Shown: piece by piece, positions 51,172 to 63,259 of the stretch | Numbering within the stretch: the first letter of the stretch is position 1 | Layout of the letters: each line of letters begins with the position of its first letter | Assembly: GCA_951406725.2 (NCBI GenBank) | Contig: OX597818.1 | Coordinates: 27,590,001-27,654,000 of the forward strand | Direction of reading: 5' to 3' | DNA length: 64,000 nt | DNA from: Octopus vulgaris | Lineage: Eukaryota | The notes under the pieces: model-generated | What the model was told of the DNA's origin: nothing | The model's database searches: none | What the model saw: only the letters and a program-made list of their open reading frames with translations | Made by a program: the position numbers and the translations under genes

Positions 51172-51477
51172 TACATATATACACACACCACATACACACA
51201 CGCACACACACACACACACACATACACACACACACACACACACACAAAGACACACACAAAGACACACCCAAACTCGCTCATACATATATACATATCTATA
51301 CACACACACACAGATACCTACGCATATATACGCGTAAACTAAGTCTACGCACCACATGGCTAGATGGGCTCAGAAGAAAAGTCCTTTTATTTAATTGTAA
51401 TTATTATTAAAATGTTAACTCTAAATTAATACACGTACATTTTAATCAGCAAATTTATTGTAAAAGAATTTTATATA
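50960..51477. repeat. Diverged ~140-bp direct repeats flanking a (TA)/(CA) tract
   Basis: AACTAAG...GCACCACAT.GCTAGA.GG.CT.AGAAGAAAAGTC...GTACATTTTAATC.GCAAATTTAT at 50960-51105 and 51337-51477. Confidence 0.8.
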
Positions 51478-51540
51478 CCCATGACCCACTGGGTCACCAG
51501 GAAACTCTGAGTTTCTCAGGAATAGAGTTTTGTTTTGTGG

Positions 51541-51650
51541 GTTGGCTGCTATTTCTTGCATGCCCTGCTACCATGTAACAGGTATTTCAGATCCTTTATT
51601 GCAAATAACTGTTACATGGTAGCAGGGCATAGTAGAAATAGCAACCAAAT
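51541..51650. repeat. Short hairpin/palindromic element
   Basis: GCTATTTCT...ATGCCCTGCTACCATGTAACAG pairs with CTGTTACATGGTAGCAGGGCAT...AGAAATAGC (22-bp perfect core). Confidence 0.85.
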
Positions 51651-52194
51651 CGTATTTCTAAAGTCATTTTCAATTTAGAATATTTTTTAAATATGCAAAA
51701 AAAAAATTTTAATGATATTCACTTGAAAATAATTTTAAAAACATAGAAATATTGTCTGTTTAAAGAAAACTAAGATATAGATATTTACTGTACAAACAAC
51801 TTAGGTTTTTGAAATACAAATTCAATTTAAAATATTTCAAAATGATTAAAATATTGTGTTTAACAAAAGTGAAAATAGAAATTATAGAAAAAAAAAAAAA
51901 ATTTTCGTTGTCAACTTACTGTCTAATAGAAAGATAAGAGTTTCTTCCCTTTCAGGATGAAGATTATATTTGGAACATTTTCCCCTTTGTGCACCGTTTT
52001 GGGTATTTATACCATGAAAATCTCTAATATCTTGAAAACTACTTTACTAATTTATGCGAAACTTGTTTTGTTTTATTTGTATTAACATTTGAGAGTAAAC
52101 TTAATTCATGGTATTGTCCTATTATGCACCAGTTTTGCTGAGTAACATTGCAAGCAAGCAAGATTGAAACTGACTTTTAATGTTTTATATATAC

Positions 52195-52248
<54 letters not shown>

Positions 52249-52614
52249 GCATAGGTTTAAGAGACAGAGCCACCTTCAAGCAACTCAATCAACATTGAAT
52301 GACATTATCTGTGATAGAGATATATAAAATTAAAATTTTCAAAATTTATATCTACAATTTTTATTCTGAATCCTATATTAAATTATATAGACTATGCGCA
52401 TTTTATGACAATATATCTATCAGTATCGCAGAAATAAATCTCAAAATTCAATACCATATAAATCCGACTATACTGCCAATCTTCAGGTCTGGATTATATA
52501 AAATTATTTTACTATTTACATCCTATAAAGACATGACAATCAAAATTATACAACTAGAAATCATCAAAATAATTTTTCATTACTAAATAAGGAAAAAAAT
52601 GTGTGTGTATATGT

Positions 52615-52663
<49 letters not shown>

Positions 52664-53934
52664 TATCATCATCATCATCGTTTAGTGTCCGTTTTCCATG
52701 CTGGCATGGGTTGGACGGTTTGACTGAAAGATGAGGGTTATTTTACTCTTTACACACTCTAACAAAATTGTAATCGTGCCACATGTATCCCATACTACTG
52801 AATTTTATGCACATATTCCAAAATTCCAGTCTTATTGAACCTGTTAAAACTATTTTGCTCCTGAAAAATGAAGGTCATGGAGCTCTAAAATGTGAGAGTT
52901 AAGGCCCCTGTTGGGGGTGGGCATCTTAATATCAACCAGAGAAGTTGAATTGTTGAGAATCTTTTTAACTTGGATCTTATATCTATTATTTGAATTTCTT
53001 TGAAATAGGAAATATATGTTCACTGGGTTTATAAAAGAGAGCAAAGCTACAGGAAAGCAAAAGACGAATGATCACTATAAGCAGTCAGTTACCCTACCCT
53101 AGTCGTCACCACTCCCAATGTAGGATTCCTCACCATCCAGGTGACAGGCACAGCTGTAAGATGCATTACGAATTTATAGCAATTGGAATGGCGTGACCCA
53201 ACTGAAATAAACATTAACAACTGTGTGACATGACGGCTAAGGAGGAATTAAAGTGTCACCTCTGGAGTTTGCAAATGACCACTATATTGATACGTAACTG
53301 GACAGAATAAATTTACAATCTATAAATGTCTTTGAATAACCAGTCACTCATCTGGGAAGGCCTTGAAATCAATGTTACCATCTGGGGACTATGTCTGACC
53401 GAGTGATAATAAAAAGACTGAAGGAAGGTCTGCAATCATATAACTTTACTCAACACTTTGCAACTGAATTAGTGGAGGCAAAGATGCCTCTCATTTATTT
53501 GACAATTTATGCACCACATTGCAGAAATCACAATGTAAGTGTATGTCAAAGCAAACTGTTACACTGTTGTACCATTGAATTAGAAATAATGCTCAACTTT
53601 TATGCTCGGGTAACCCTGCAGCTTCCAAGAGCACAATTGTATTCGTTTTTGCTTAGATAAAATGACAAAATTGTGGGTGTTAAGTCCCCATGGAGGGGTC
53701 TTTCTAACTTGTAAGAAGATGAAATTTTATAAATATTACTTCATTTGTGTCTAATATCTATGGTTAAAATTTCATCAGCAGCAAAAATATATGAATTGTC
53801 ATGGGGGTTATGGCCCTTATGCATAGAATATAATTTCCAAATTTCATAAAGATCCATTCAGTACTTTTGGCCTAGTTTTGGATCATAAAAGAAATGACTA
53901 AAGTTTGGGAGTTAAGGCTCCCATTAGGGTGTTT

Positions 53935-54009
<75 letters not shown>

Positions 54010-54310
54010 AGATATAGATATACACACACATACACATACAAAGATAAAATGATAGATACAACTGAGTGGGCAAACAAAAATATGAGACACAGCCTAGTGC
54101 TTTTTTTTATGTTGATAAGCCTGGTACTTATTCTATTAGTTTGTTATTGTGAAACCAGTAAGTTATGTGGATGTAAATAAATGAACAGCAATTGTGAAGC
54201 AGTGATGAGGGAGAAACACAGAGACAAAGACACACACATACACTTACACATATACATACATATATATGCGATTGATTTGTTTCAGTTCCTGTCTATGAAA
54301 TCCATATATA

Positions 54311-56172
54311 TTGTTTTTGGCATCCTTTTTTGTCTCGGGAGACAATGGTGTTGCGCATAAAATAATCTAGTCTGGCTTTTACATTTCATGTCCTAATACA
54401 TCTCCTGCTGTGGCTGTGTAGTTCTATCCTGGACAAACGCTCCCTCTGGCAGGTGTTGCAAATGTAGCGAAGACTTTGCCTGGCTGGTTGTAATGTCATA
54501 GTTTCTTGTTGATATCTTTTCTTGTCTTTCCATTTCTCCTCTCTCTCTATGTCACTCCTTTGTGTTCCCTCTTTTATGGTATGGCGCCAATCTCCACGGC
54601 TGCTGGCAACTGCTTTCCAATTGGTAATATTGATGTTGCTGGCATGCATGTCCCCTTTGCAAACATCTTTGTATCATAAAAATGGTCTTCCCACAGACCT
54701 AGTGCCCCTAGCAAGCATATCATCATGGAAAGATTTGATGATCCTCAGCAGCTTTGGTGGACATCTGATTTTTTGGAGCAGGATGAAGAGGCCTTTTCTG
54801 CTTACCAAGTCAAAGGCCTTTGTCAGATCAATGAAGGCCATATATAATGGCATTTTCTGCTTTCTGGACTTCTGAAGTTGGCACATGGAGAATATCATGT
54901 GAATAGTTGATCTGCTTCTTCTAAAGCCACACTGCAATTCTGGATAAATTTGAGAAGCAAGCAGTTGTAGCCTGGACAGGATAATGTGAGCCTTTCCAAC
55001 AGTGCTTAAAAGAGATATTCCACAGTAATTGTTACAATCACCACAGTCACCTTTGTTTTTGTAAAGCGTAATGAATTTAGCATCCCACATATCCTGAGGG
55101 ACTGTACCCTCTTCCCAGCGCTGACAGAGAAGCTCATGAAGGTGCCGAAGCTGGACGGTGTTTTTGCCGGTTTTGATGATCTCTAAGGAGATGCCATCTT
55201 TTCCCGGAGCCTTGTTACTTCCTAGGGAGTCAATAGCCTTGGTGAGCTCTGCTATAAAAGATAGATTGTCAAGTTTGCACATGACTGGCAAGATTTTGAC
55301 ACCCTCGATTGCAGCCTCAGCTACCGTGGTCTCCCATGAGTAGAGATCCTGGTAGTACTCCACCCATCTATCCATTTACTTCCTTTGGTCCTTGATGAGA
55401 TCTCCTGTAGTTGATTTCAGAGGGGCTGACTTGGTTGCAGATGGACCGAGGGCCTTCTTCAAACTGGCACACATCCCACGGGTGTCGCCCCTGTCAGCAG
55501 CTGACTGGATGCTCTGACAGATTTCCTGCCAATACCTATTTGCACAGCGTCTGGCTGTCAGTTGGGTTTTACTTCTTGCCTTTCTGAGTTCTTCGAGTGA
55601 CTTTGTAGAAGAATCACTCTTGTATTGCATCAGAGCTGCACACTTTGCTTCGATAACTGGCTCCAGCTCTGAGATCCCAACACTGAACCAATCTGGGTTT
55701 TACCTTTCTCTCATCCTGAAAGTATCTGTTGATGTGGTATACAAAGCTTCCCTGATATAATTTCACCTACTTTCAGCAGAGGAGGTTGAGCAGCTACTGA
55801 GGGCAACCTTGATAGAAACAGCAAAACATTTTCGCAGTGTAGGGTCTGAGGTTCTGGCAGTGTTAATGTGTGGTTAGCCCATTTTCTTGGAGTGATAGAC
55901 TTTTTTAGGCAGAATCCTCACCCTGCTTCTTATTAGTGAATGATCTGTGTCACAATCTGTGCTTTGGTAACTATGGGTCAGTTGAACAGAATTCAGAAAG
56001 GATCGTCATGTAATGATGATATCCAGCTGTTGCCAGTGGTGAGATCTTGGATGTCTCCAAGATGCCTTGTGGGATGTCTTGTTGGCAAAGAATGTGTTAA
56101 TGATGCACAGGTTATGGTATGTGCAAAATTCAAGTAGCATCTGACCATTGTCATTCATGTTGCCAATACTAA
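54311..56172 (-). mobile_element. Second copy of the BovB-like RTE, 5'-truncated with a ~700-bp internal deletion
   Basis: Aligns by eye to 37513-40090. At ~54716 it jumps from the equivalent of 37915 to that of 38623, removing the RT catalytic region. Confidence 0.9.
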
Positions 56173-56384
56173 AACACATGCACTTACATATATACATACA
56201 TATATACGATTGATTTGTTTCAGTTCCTGTCTACGAAATCCATATATATATATATATATATATATATGTATACACACACACACACACACACGCACATGCA
56301 CACACACACACACACACGCACACACATGCACAAAGATAAATTGATAGATACAACTGAGTGGGCAAACAAAAATATGAGACACTG

Positions 56385-56717
56385 CGTAGTGCTTTTTTAT
56401 ATTTTGATAAGCCTACTACTTATTCTATCAGTTTCTTCTTGTGAAACCAGTAAGTTTTGGGGATGTAAATAAACGAACAGCCGTTGTGAGGCAGTGATGA
56501 GGGAGAAACACAAAGACACACACATAGACTTACATATATACATACATATGCAAACAATTGATTTCTTTCAGTTTCTGTCTACAAAATCCACTGACAAGGC
56601 TTTGGTTGGTCTGAGGCTATAGCAGAAGACACATGCCAAGTTACCACACAGTGGGACTAAACTGAGGACCATGTGTTTTGGAACCAAGTTTGTTTCCACC
56701 CAGCCACACCTGCACCT
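56385..56717 (-). mobile_element. Older SINE copy; its 3' part is duplicated at 54090-54303
   Basis: Same family as 10620-11013, more diverged. Confidence 0.7.
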
Positions 56718-56929
56718 ATATATGTGTGTGTGTGTGGGTGGGTGTATGTGTGTATGGGTGTATATATATGTATGCATGTATATATGTGTATATATATGTG
56801 TACATATTACATGCACATCTATATATATATACATCTAGACATACATGTATACACATACATGTATATCTATAGAAATACATCTATACATATACATGTATAG
56901 AGATACAGCTATATATATACATCCATATA

Positions 56930-56997
<68 letters not shown>

Positions 56998-57094
56998 CAT
57001 CCATATACATAGAATAGAGAGATGTTTTTGTTTCACTTTTTAACACATAATACTGAAGTAGTGGAGAAGATATGATATTGCTGTGGGTTCGCCC

Positions 57095-57252
57095 TTGGCA
57101 AGAAGTTAAACATTTTTTTGCCCATGACACTACATTGACACTAAGTAAGGCATGTGTAAAATTTGAATGAAATTGGTTGCGTAGTTCTCAAGTTTTAGGG
57201 ATTCACACAGACAGACAGACACACACACATTCTCAGTTTTATATATATAGAT
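57095..57252 (-). mobile_element. Helitron-like 5' terminal fragment
   Basis: Minus strand A|TCTATATATATAAAACTGAGAATGTGTG...(CTGT)n; same architecture as 817-700. Confidence 0.5.
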
Positions 57253-57267
57253 ATATATGTATGTATG

Positions 57268-57362
<95 letters not shown>

Positions 57363-57717
57363 TGATTGATATGATTCTTTATTGGCCACACAGGGCTGAA
57401 CACAGAGGGAACAAAATACAAAGTAGAGCTTTTCTTTTTGGGAAGAAAAAATGGGGGTGGGGTGAGTAGAAATTTGATCAAAAGGGATTGGGGAAAAAAA
57501 GGCCGATCAGTAGGGATCATGTATCACAGAAATGTCATAATGTAGAAAGGGGAAACAGATTAGGTTTATCCATGGAAAGAAAAGCTTATGGAAAAGACCA
57601 CAGTAACCTCAGGCAATAATGTCATGCAAAAAGACACATTACAGTAAGTGACTCTTTTTTTCTTTCTTTTTTTGTTTCATCACATTTACACACACACACA
57701 CATGCACACATGAGGAG

Positions 57718-57762
<45 letters not shown>

Positions 57763-57922
57763 GAAATTTATCTGAAATTTATTTGAAACTTATGTTTGGT
57801 ATCCACAGCACAAAGGACAGGAAAGTGAAAATGCCAAGCAAATCATTATTTTGCACACTTTTATTGCTATATCTGTTCATATTCTGATTTTTGCTGCATC
57901 TCATTTTGCCGTATCCATTTGT

Positions 57923-57923
<1 letters not shown>

Positions 57924-57976
<53 letters not shown>

Positions 57977-57983
57977 CAGCAGC
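57924..57983. repeat. (AGT)n(AGC)n microsatellite
   Basis: Direct inspection. Confidence 0.95.
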
Positions 57984-58317
57984 ATAGGGGCATGGACTTT
58001 AATAGCACATCACAACATTCACAATTTGCTGTACAACAACCCTCTAATCAATGAGTCTATTTGGGCTGTAGTTACTGGTGAGGGTTTTGCAAATCCTACA
58101 CAGAGGAAATGTTGGGTCTATTCCTTGACATGCTAGTCCCAACACAGCGCTAAAACAATGTGAAATGAAGTGTTTTGTTCTAGAGCATAACGTGTCACCT
58201 GGTCCAGAAATTGAACCCATAATCTGGAGATTGTGAGTGCAACATTGACAAATAAGAAATCTAATTATTAAAACAATCTTCTGATAGAATATTATATTGT
58301 CCTTCATATATTAAGTT

Positions 58318-58510
58318 CATCATCATCATGCTGGCATGGATTGGATGGTTTGACAGGAGCTGGAAAGTCAGAAGATTACACCAAGCCCCACTATCTGCTT
58401 TGACATGGTTTCTATGGCTGGATGCCCTTCCTAATGCCAACCACTTTACAGAGTGTACTGAGTCCTTTCTAGCAACAGTGAGATCACCAAGTAGCTGGCA
58501 AGACAAGACC
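58318..58510 (-). mobile_element. RTE 3' UTR-type repeat
   Basis: CATCATCATGCTGGCATGG...GGCTGGATGCCCTTCCTAATGCCAACCACT. Confidence 0.65.
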
Positions 58511-59227
58511 CCTTCTGCTGTGGGGAGGAGTAATATTGAGGGAGGTAGCTTTGTGCCAGGTGATGAGAGGTTAGAGTATGAATGGTGTTACAGAAATAGG
58601 TGTTTTGTAGTAGAGGAGATACATTGGGTAACTCAGTTAGAGAGACATGTTGAAGATGTGATGGTGGGGGCCACTCAAAGTAGAAGGAGGTGTGTCTAAG
58701 TGACATGGAACCAAGGGTTGGATTGGGCAAGTGGGTAGGTAAGTTCACGAGAAGGCAGAAGGTAAGTTGGAGATGGAAGGGAAGAACTGTATTTCATGAG
58801 GGTGTGAAGGGAGAGTGGATGAGGTGTTTCTAAATATCAACATCATGGAAAATTGCTTCTGATAAAATTACTGCTGTAACTAATGGTAGTCTTGTTTGAT
58901 CGAGAAAATTATTACTATTTGTGGTGTGAACGATGAAAAGAGTACAACAGAAAAAGGGAGAATGGAAATGTAATTGGGTCTTACCTCGTCGGAGATGAAT
59001 TTGGATACCTCTTAGCCAACTCGATGCGTCTGGTGCCTTCGTCGTGTCTGCCGCAACTGCTCGATCCCACACGTGCGTTCTGCCTGTCGCTTCCACTTCC
59101 TTCCGCGCATGTGCCCTGCAAGCCCTGCTTCCACCCTGCGAGCCCTACTTCCGCTCTCCCCTATCCATCATACTCTCTCACCAACACCACACGCCCCCCT
59201 GATCTACAGATCACTGAACCGGCTTTC

Positions 59228-62137
59228 TCACTCGCTCCTGCACCTGAAACTGGTTTCATAATCAGCTAACCAGGGAGGAGGGTGCCGCTCCCTCTGTGGT
59301 CGCAGTGCGACCCTAGGACTTGTTCCTGGTGTGTTGCTGCCGGCCTCGTCATCCTGTCTGTTGTTTTCGTCTTGCCCACTGCTGCTGGTCCCATCCTCTG
59401 GGGCATGGACAATCCTCCGTATGTCCAAAACGTGGCATGGCATACCATCGACCAAGATGTTATTTTTTGAATTTACATCGGTTATTGTCCCCTTTCCCCA
59501 TTGCGATGTACACCGTGCGTTTGGGGGTTTTACCCAGACTTCCTCCCCGACCTGCACGAAGGCGTGCTCTTCCTCTGCCCCGGGTCGCATTGATGTAGTA
59601 CACGGATGCCTCCACTCATACCTGAATATTGCCCTGTGTGGCACCGACTCCTCAGCCTGTCCTGATCTGGGCGACATATTGTACCAAAACACGGCCTCAA
59701 CTGGTGAAATGTGACCCTCTCTGCCATGGCTTTGATGGTACGATGATGCCTTTCCACCACCCCGTTTCCACTTGGCTGGTATGCCGCCCTGAAGAAGCAG
59801 TTGACCTTCCACTCATCAAGCATTTCTCTCAGCACATCCGAGCAAAATGCAGTGCCGTTGTCCAGAAGCAGTTCATCCACGGGCCTCGTTCCAGGAATAT
59901 CTCATTCAACACTTTCACAATTTCTTCTGCGGTCCCCGACTTCATCTCCCTCCATATGGCCAACCGCCCCGGTCTGCAGTCAACCATTGAGAGGTATGTC
60001 CCCTGCTGGTAGTGTGTTATGTCCGCCGCCAGTCGTTTCCAGTCCTGGTCCACTGGAATACTTCCCGTTTCATGCACGACCGGAGCAGGGTCGATGGACT
60101 GGCACCTGTCACAACTACTAACCACTCTCTGCACGCTCTGTCTTGTTACGTCGGAGTCAACTTTTCTGGCTAGGAACAATGTTCTGTCCACACCCATGTG
60201 ATGCATGGTGTGCAGTCTCCGTAACTCCGAGTTGCTCAGACGGCATACTGCAGCTACAGCCTGCTTCGCATCCTCTGACACCTGCAACCAGGCTCACTTT
60301 ACCCTGGTCAGGACGTCTGACCTGTTCTTCTTGGAAGGCACAAAGATCACGTTCAGCTTCAGATTGAACTCAGTGGTTAGTTCACGCAGCATTCCTAATC
60401 GACGTTTTACCAGCATCTCTGCAGCCCCTTTGGTCTGCACCCTCCGCTCATCGGTGATGACTGCTGTCGCCCAACCAAGTACAGTGGCTGAATCAGTCCT
60501 GATTTCTATGGTGTGCAACCCCCACTTCAAGGCTAGGTTCACCCCCTTCAGCACGGCATCCAACTCCGCCACGTTGATATGATTGCAGTCATCCATCTTC
60601 CTGAGCCAGGCTGCATCTTCCACCATGACACCTCCCACTTCCAAGACAACCCCTATTGCGATGCTACTGGCGTCACACCATACAATCCCGCTCTTTGATC
60701 TGGGAACATACCAGCTGCCCCTCACTGGGTCCTCTGCTCCTACTCTGACCAAGACTTCCTGCATCATGTCGATCGTCCTCTCCCCCACTTTATCATTCCA
60801 CTTCACTCCTTCGGCTCGTCTCTTGATGAAGCTACATGCTGTCCGGAGCCAACCTGCAATCGGGTAGTGTCCCACCAGCTTCCCACACACAGAGAACAGT
60901 TCCCGTCTACTCATGCTGGCGCCCAGTTCAGGGACCTCATTCCCTCGCCGGAACACCAAGGCGCTGGCCTTGTCTCTCCATAGCTTGAGGCCCAGTGCAG
61001 CACCTCCCTCCATAGCCTCTGGCGGCTTGGCGATCAGTCCAAAACTCTTCAGGTGGCCTATGACCTCCGTTGCTGGTATCACGGTTTCATCCACCAGAAT
61101 GTCATCGATGTATGAATTGGTGGCCCTTTTTACTCTGTCCACCTTCCCCAGGATGGCCTTGAGAATTGTTGCCATAATCTTTGGCGCTGAATTCAGCCCG
61201 AATCCCAACCTGGTCAGACAGTACGTCCGGCCCCTATACCTGACGAGCTGGTACTTCCATAATTTCTCAGCCACATGCGCCTGTAGGTATGTCGACTTCA
61301 AATCAACAATCGTGGAGGCCCCCGTCGTCTGCCTCCACTCTCGCAAGGTGTCTCCGCAGACATCCGTGGCCTCGCTGCCTGTATGACACGACATGTGGTC
61401 ATTCAGCTCTCGGAAGTCAAGCACTGGCCTGACCTTATGCTTTGTGGGCTGTATCACCGCCATCAGTGGCAGGACTCCGCTCTCTTCTTTTCCCAAGGGA
61501 TCAGTATGCCCTCCTTAATCCACCGCTCCACCTCCCCCTCGAACTCACTTCTGGCACCTCCTTTTAGAGTATGCTGATAGCAGCCCACTTTATTCTTTAA
61601 CATCGGGGGCTCTCCCTTCCAGTGCCACTCCACTGTCCACTTCTTGCCATCAAAGACAGCCCGAAAATCCTGGTCTTCAATGGTGTGCGCCGCATCCTTT
61701 TCCTCACGGTTGTCGCCGGTGCACGGTCTCGCCCTACACGGTTTCCCCGCTAACCCAAACGTTACGCCAGCCTCGTTGACGGTGACACCTCCCAAGCGGG
61801 TGGTTGCATCCATCCCCATCACCACGTCAATCTCGTCCACCAAGTGACCAACCACAATCACTCGCAACGTCAGCTGTAGTCCCTGCACCACAATCTGCGC
61901 ATCCGTAACCCCTTCGCAGTGTACTTCTCTTCCGTCGACTGCCCTAACACTGCTTCCTCCACTCCACGTCTCTGCCACTTCTGTAGTCATCAGGGTCGTT
62001 GTACAGCCCGTGTCCACCAGGGCTCGCGACATCTTCCCCTTCACCAGAATGTCGACCACAGGTTGCGATGATAAACGCGCCGCTACTGATCCAAAGGGAC
62101 AACTACCGGCGCAGTAGTCTCCCGCAGTCCATTTCCC
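59228..62137 (-). pseudogene. pol (protease-RT-RNase H-integrase) with a few lesions
   Basis: ALVDTGCTT; RPVLDFRELN, VDLKSTYLQ, LGFGLNSAP, YIDDILV; CDASS, HINVAELDAV; HHMG...CDRC, ADITH, DNGTAF, GVVER. Frameshifts near 61485 and 59880; stops at 60294 and ~59712. Confidence 0.88.
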
Positions 62138-62841
62138 CGCAGACACTCGCTGGCTACATGCCCCGGCTCTTGACACCGGTAGCAAATCACTTCAGTCTTG
62201 GGCGACCCACAGTCACGCACCATGTGTGGACCTTGGCACCGGAAACACTGTCCTTTGAACGGTCGCACACGTTCTTTCCTCAGCCCCTCTCCGCTGCTCC
62301 TAGCTGGGCCACTTTTCGACATTGCAGTCGCTGCTACCGACGTCATCCTGCTGCATGAAACTAGTACACATGCCCGAGATATGATGTCGGCCATCGGCAT
62401 CGAACGCACGTTCGGGAGCTTCTGTAGCTCGACCGACATGATGTTGGGAAAGCCAGTCACGAACACCAACCTAACCGTCCGTTCTAGCGACTCTCCCTCA
62501 TAACCCGCCAATTTAGCCAGTCTTCTAAGCTCATTGGCAAACACGTCCATCTGTTGCCCAGTCCATCTCATTCTACCCAGGCGAGCGTATGCCTCGAACA
62601 TACCTTCCGCAAAGGCCTCCATCAGTCGGATTTCTACTTTATCTGCGCTAAGTTGGTCCGTCTCCTCCATCTCTAAATATAACGCCAACGCCGGGCCATC
62701 CAAGTACAGTGGCATGAAGCTCACCAGGTCACCTATACAATAGAGCTTCGCCACCAACTTCACTCTCTTCAACCAAGCGACCACATCAGTGTCGCCGCAA
62801 AACAGTGTTATAGGTTCGCGCGAAACCCAAGCACTCTGCAT
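62083..62841 (-). CDS. Gag with two zinc knuckles
   Basis: Open frame with CFRCQGPHMVRDC and CYRCQEPGHVASEC. It overlaps pol in the -1 frame with slippery G GGA AAT at 62137-62131. Confidence 0.85.
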   Translation of the reverse strand: MQSAWVSREPITLFCGDTDVVAWLKRVKLVAKLYCIGDLVSFMPLYLDGPALALYLEMEETDQLSADKVEIRLMEAFAEGMFEAYARLGRMRWTGQQMDVFANELRRLAKLAGYEGESLERTVRLVFVTGFPNIMSVELQKLPNVRSMPMADIISRACVLVSCSRMTSVAATAMSKSGPARSSGEGLRKERVRPFKGQCFRCQGPHMVRDCGSPKTEVICYRCQEPGHVASECLRGNGLRETTAPVVVPLDQ

Positions 62842-63240
62842 AATTTTTTTATTTTTATTTTTTATAAAACCGAGTGTTTATTTGCCGAAATAGCTTGTGG
62901 TGTGAACGATGAAAAGAGTACAACAGAAAAAGGGAGAATGGAAATGTAATTGGGTCTTACCTTGTCGGAGATGAATTCGGATACCTCTTAGCCAACTCGA
63001 TGCATCTGGTGCCTTCGTCGTGTCTGCCGCAACTGCTCGATCCCACACGTGCGTTCTGCCTGTCGCTTCCACTTCCTCCCGCGCATGTGCCCTGCAAGCC
63101 CTGCTTCCGCCCTGCGAGCCCTACTTCCGCTCTCCCCTATCCGTCATACTCTCTCACCAACACCACACTATTACTACTCTTACAAGAAATGTTTGATATT
63201 GAATAACATTTCTATACACATTACTTTTTTCTTTTATCAG

Positions 63241-63259
63241 GTGTCAAAAACAATAAAGA
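63241..63259 (+). CDS. Probable 19-nt juxtamembrane microexon of the Ig gene
   Basis: Strong acceptor ttactttttcttttatcAG and donor GA|GTAAGT; phase 1 entry continues the TM exon as G-V-K-N-N-K. Confidence 0.6.

Larger units (their letters stand above)
58920..63167 (-). mobile_element. Complete compact LTR retrotransposon (4248 bp), 272-bp LTRs, TSD CTATT
   Basis: LTRs 62896-63167 (5') and 58920-59191 (3') with TGTGGTG...CACCACA ends; CTATT at 58915-58919 and 63168-63172; G-rich PPT at 59205-59192; order gag-PR-RT-RH-IN. Confidence 0.96.

Noticed and set aside
51956-52002. Candidate cytoplasmic exon after tttcttccctttcAG
   Set aside because: Immediate TGA in phase 1 and a weak donor.
59331-62743. 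Several + strand ORFs over the LTR element
   Set aside because: Antisense shadows of GC-rich gag/pol with no recognisable motifs.
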